The notes below the pieces were generated by a model. The model did not search any database. It was given only the letters and a program-made list of their open reading frames with translations, and was not told the origin of the DNA. Below, in pieces: positions 61,572-64,000 of a stretch of 64,000 bases of DNA. The DNA comes from an uncultured Spirochaetota bacterium (GTDB lineage Bacteria; Spirochaetota; Brevinematia; Brevinematales; JAOACQ01). The position numbers were made by a program, and so were the translations under genes. The stretch's first letter is position 1. Each line of letters starts with the position of its first letter. Location of the stretch: contig CAWAOD010000004.1 in assembly GCA_963783575.1 (NCBI GenBank), forward strand, positions 224,001 to 288,000. Direction: 5' to 3'.

Positions 61572-63332
61572 ATGGCAAATATAAGGCTCATCTCAGGTAA
61601 TACTGAAAAAACCGTCCGAACAGAAAAGGGAACAAGCCTTCTGTCACTGATCCGCGACAATGGCTTTTTTATAGAAGCCCTTTGCAGCGGCGAGGGTAAA
61701 TGCGGAAAATGCACTGTTAATATAAACGGTAATCCTCAACTCGCCTGCAAAAAAATGATTGATGCCGATATTTCCGTCATCATTCCGGATAGTGAGAATA
61801 TTTTTCAGGATAATAAAATAGCCGCTCCTTCCGGATACGGGAATTTAAATCCAATTATTAAAAAAATAATTCTGGATATTAATAAAGATGAAAGAGAACC
61901 ATATTTGTCCGACTTTGAATTTATCGGCCGTTTGTTAAGAAAGCAGGGAATAACTGTATCCGGACCGGATAATATTCCTTTAATAGCTGAAATATCAAGG
62001 ATTTCCCATTTGGATAAAAAAGCAGCAATATTTCTAACAGAGAAAAATCAAAGTTACGAAATTATAGACATTTCGGAAAATTATGATGAGAAAAATGTGG
62101 GGCTGGCAATAGACATAGGAACAACAACGGTTTCCATCACATTGATCGATCTGGAAAACGGCAGACTGGCCAATTCCATTTCTTTTTATAATCCCCAGAT
62201 TATTTACGGCGCTGATATAATCCACAGAATTATCTTCGCCCAGAAAAATGAAAATCACAAACTGCTTAAAGACAGGCTAATTGATGAAATTCAAATGGCT
62301 ATAAGACATTTCTTTGTATGGAATCAGGTTCAGCCTGATGAAATAAAAGCTGTGGCAGTTTCCGGTAATACTACGATGATCCATTTTTTCCTGGGCCTTC
62401 CTTCAAGGTTCATCAGGGAAGAGCCTTACAGTCCCGCAGCAAGGTCATTCCCACCTCTTAAAGCATTTTCAACTCTTAATTTATTGAATAAAAGCAGGCT
62501 ATTCATTTTGCCATGCCCTGCGAATTACCTCGGCGGAGACCTTGTGTCCGGAGTCATAGCCGCGTGTTTTCACAAAAATGACGGCATATCGGTCCTGCTT
62601 GATCTGGGTACTAACGGCGAAATCATCATCGGAAACAAAGACTGGCTGATAGGCTGCGCGTGTTCGGCAGGACCGGCATTCGAAGGCATGGGGCTTTCCT
62701 GCGGGACTAGGTATAAAAAAGGCGCTATAACGGATGTTTATGCCAAAGACGGTAGTTTTGAATATTCGGCAGCCGGAGGTGAAAAACCATGCGGCATATG
62801 CGGCTCCGGTATAATCAGCCTTGTAAAATGCCTCAAGGATGAAAACTTCATCGACAACAGGGGAAAGTTTACAGAAAAAGTTAAGGATAAAATTAACGGT
62901 AAAAAAGTATTTATACTTTTTAATAAAGATACAACAATGAACCTTGAAGACATTTATGTTACTGAAACCGATATCGGAAATATTCTCAGGGCAAAAGCCG
63001 CAATCTACGCTGGAATGAGGCTGATCTTTAAAAAACTTTCCCTCGATTTTTCAATGGTTGATACCCTTTACATATCCGGCGGCATAGGCAATTCACTCAA
63101 TATACAGAACGCTCTTGATATCGGCCTCTTCCCTGACCTGGATCCCGGAAAAATTAAATTCATAGGCAACTCGTCCCTCAATGGGGCAATTGCTTTCCTT
63201 CTCTCAAAGGAAGCCAGGGATGATTCTGACGAAATCTTTAAGAAAATAACCTACATCGACTTGAGCAGCGAGCCGGATTTTATGGACGAATTTACGGCCG
63301 CGTTATTTATCCCGCATACTGATTATGCTTGA
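61572..63332 (+). CDS. acsV: ATP-dependent reductive activator of corrinoid proteins (RACo, ASKHA)
   Basis: [2Fe-2S] C.G.G.CGKC...LAC; DIGTTT, GNTTM, DLGTNGE, SAGPAFEG, GICGSG. Confidence 0.93.
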   Translation: MANIRLISGNTEKTVRTEKGTSLLSLIRDNGFFIEALCSGEGKCGKCTVNINGNPQLACKKMIDADISVIIPDSENIFQDNKIAAPSGYGNLNPIIKKIILDINKDEREPYLSDFEFIGRLLRKQGITVSGPDNIPLIAEISRISHLDKKAAIFLTEKNQSYEIIDISENYDEKNVGLAIDIGTTTVSITLIDLENGRLANSISFYNPQIIYGADIIHRIIFAQKNENHKLLKDRLIDEIQMAIRHFFVWNQVQPDEIKAVAVSGNTTMIHFFLGLPSRFIREEPYSPAARSFPPLKAFSTLNLLNKSRLFILPCPANYLGGDLVSGVIAACFHKNDGISVLLDLGTNGEIIIGNKDWLIGCACSAGPAFEGMGLSCGTRYKKGAITDVYAKDGSFEYSAAGGEKPCGICGSGIISLVKCLKDENFIDNRGKFTEKVKDKINGKKVFILFNKDTTMNLEDIYVTETDIGNILRAKAAIYAGMRLIFKKLSLDFSMVDTLYISGGIGNSLNIQNALDIGLFPDLDPGKIKFIGNSSLNGAIAFLLSKEARDDSDEIFKKITYIDLSSEPDFMDEFTAALFIPHTDYA

Positions 63333-63977
63333 TCTGCCATTCCCCTCTGGCTGAATGGCGGCATTAACTCTTCGAAAAAGGTCTTCCCTGTCCCAATTAG
63401 AACCACGGTATGCTATTTTTGGATTATTGACCGGCATGGAAAGTAAATCCCGCCCGTCAGTGTGATATTCCAGTTTATTTCCGGATTCTAAAAGGACAGT
63501 CGGCGCAAAATCAACCATTGATGCGGCTTGTTGGTTTTCTTTGTAAACTTTACGGCCGGGTGTCAAAATAAACAATGGAATAAACTCAAAGTAAAGATTA
63601 TTATAGGAATATGAACTCTGCTTAAAATTCCCCAATTTGATTTCGGGACAATGGTCGCCATAGATAAAAATTATTGTGTTGGACAAATTCCCAAGCTCTG
63701 AAATAAATCCTTTAATAGACTGATCCACATAAGCCATAGAATTAAAGTAATTTCTTTTTGTTTCATCATTTATATCCGAAAAATCGGAATTGGTATAATA
63801 ATTCAGGGCATTAATAAATGGACCATGGCTTGTCATTGTGATAATATGATAAAAAAACTGCCCTCTTTGAGTTTTAATAAAATTCAAAACATAATTAAAT
63901 ACATCATTATCCGCCGCTCCCCAGCCTTTTTCCCTCAGCTTCATTTTATATATATCATTGAAGGCATCAAATCCCAT
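63303..63977 (-). CDS. LTA synthase-like sulfatase family protein, C-terminal part (starts beyond the window)
   Basis: MGFD.F, T.TSHGPF, Y.NS..Y.D, IYGDH, D.APT. Confidence 0.85.
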   Translation of the reverse strand: MGFDAFNDIYKMKLREKGWGAADNDVFNYVLNFIKTQRGQFFYHIITMTSHGPFINALNYYTNSDFSDINDETKRNYFNSMAYVDQSIKGFISELGNLSNTIIFIYGDHCPEIKLGNFKQSSYSYNNLYFEFIPLFILTPGRKVYKENQQAASMVDFAPTVLLESGNKLEYHTDGRDLLSMPVNNPKIAYRGSNWDREDLFRRVNAAIQPEGNGRSSIISMRDK

Positions 63978-64000
63978 CTGTTTAAACGCAAACGCCCGGT

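Noticed and set aside
51341..63332. Complete Wood-Ljungdahl pathway implying autotrophy
   Set aside because: acsE and the whole methyl branch are absent from the window, so this cannot be claimed from this sequence
63303..63332. 30-bp 3' overlap of acsV with the convergent sulfatase gene
   Set aside because: Short convergent overlaps are common; no further signal
1..64000. CRISPR array, rRNA, tRNA, prophage or defence system
   Set aside because: No repeat-spacer periodicity, RNA gene signatures or such proteins recognised

Overview
A 64-kb, AT-rich bacterial chromosome segment. Gene content (spirochaete-type hypothetical proteins, chemoreceptors, lipoproteins) suggests an anaerobic Spirochaetota member; this is inference, not a phylogenetic result. 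Most of the window is housekeeping and accessory genes: mgtA plus PTS-IIA, pdxJ, a multi-PAS sensor kinase, glf, wbaP, aroK, archease, topA, MCPs, uppP, rodA, ribE, an aminopeptidase and one complete IS1182-family element. The main feature is a co-oriented ~12-kb cluster (51341-63332). It starts with a short folate-independent (core/MesB-like) methionine synthase, followed by cooC, cooS, cooF, an FAD/NAD oxidoreductase, acsB, acsD, acsC and acsV, with no acsE or folate-branch gene. This suggests a module that cleaves acetyl-CoA to supply methyl groups for methionine and oxidises the CO by-product. Other observations: a shared TGACA-N6-TGTCAG-N11-TATAAT promoter motif before two small operons, an unannotated Cys/His-rich peptide behind ArsR, two frameshifted genes, an IS inserted into a REP-like hairpin, a LacI-sensor/MCP fusion, and a hairpin-rich 289-bp insert between acsB and acsD.
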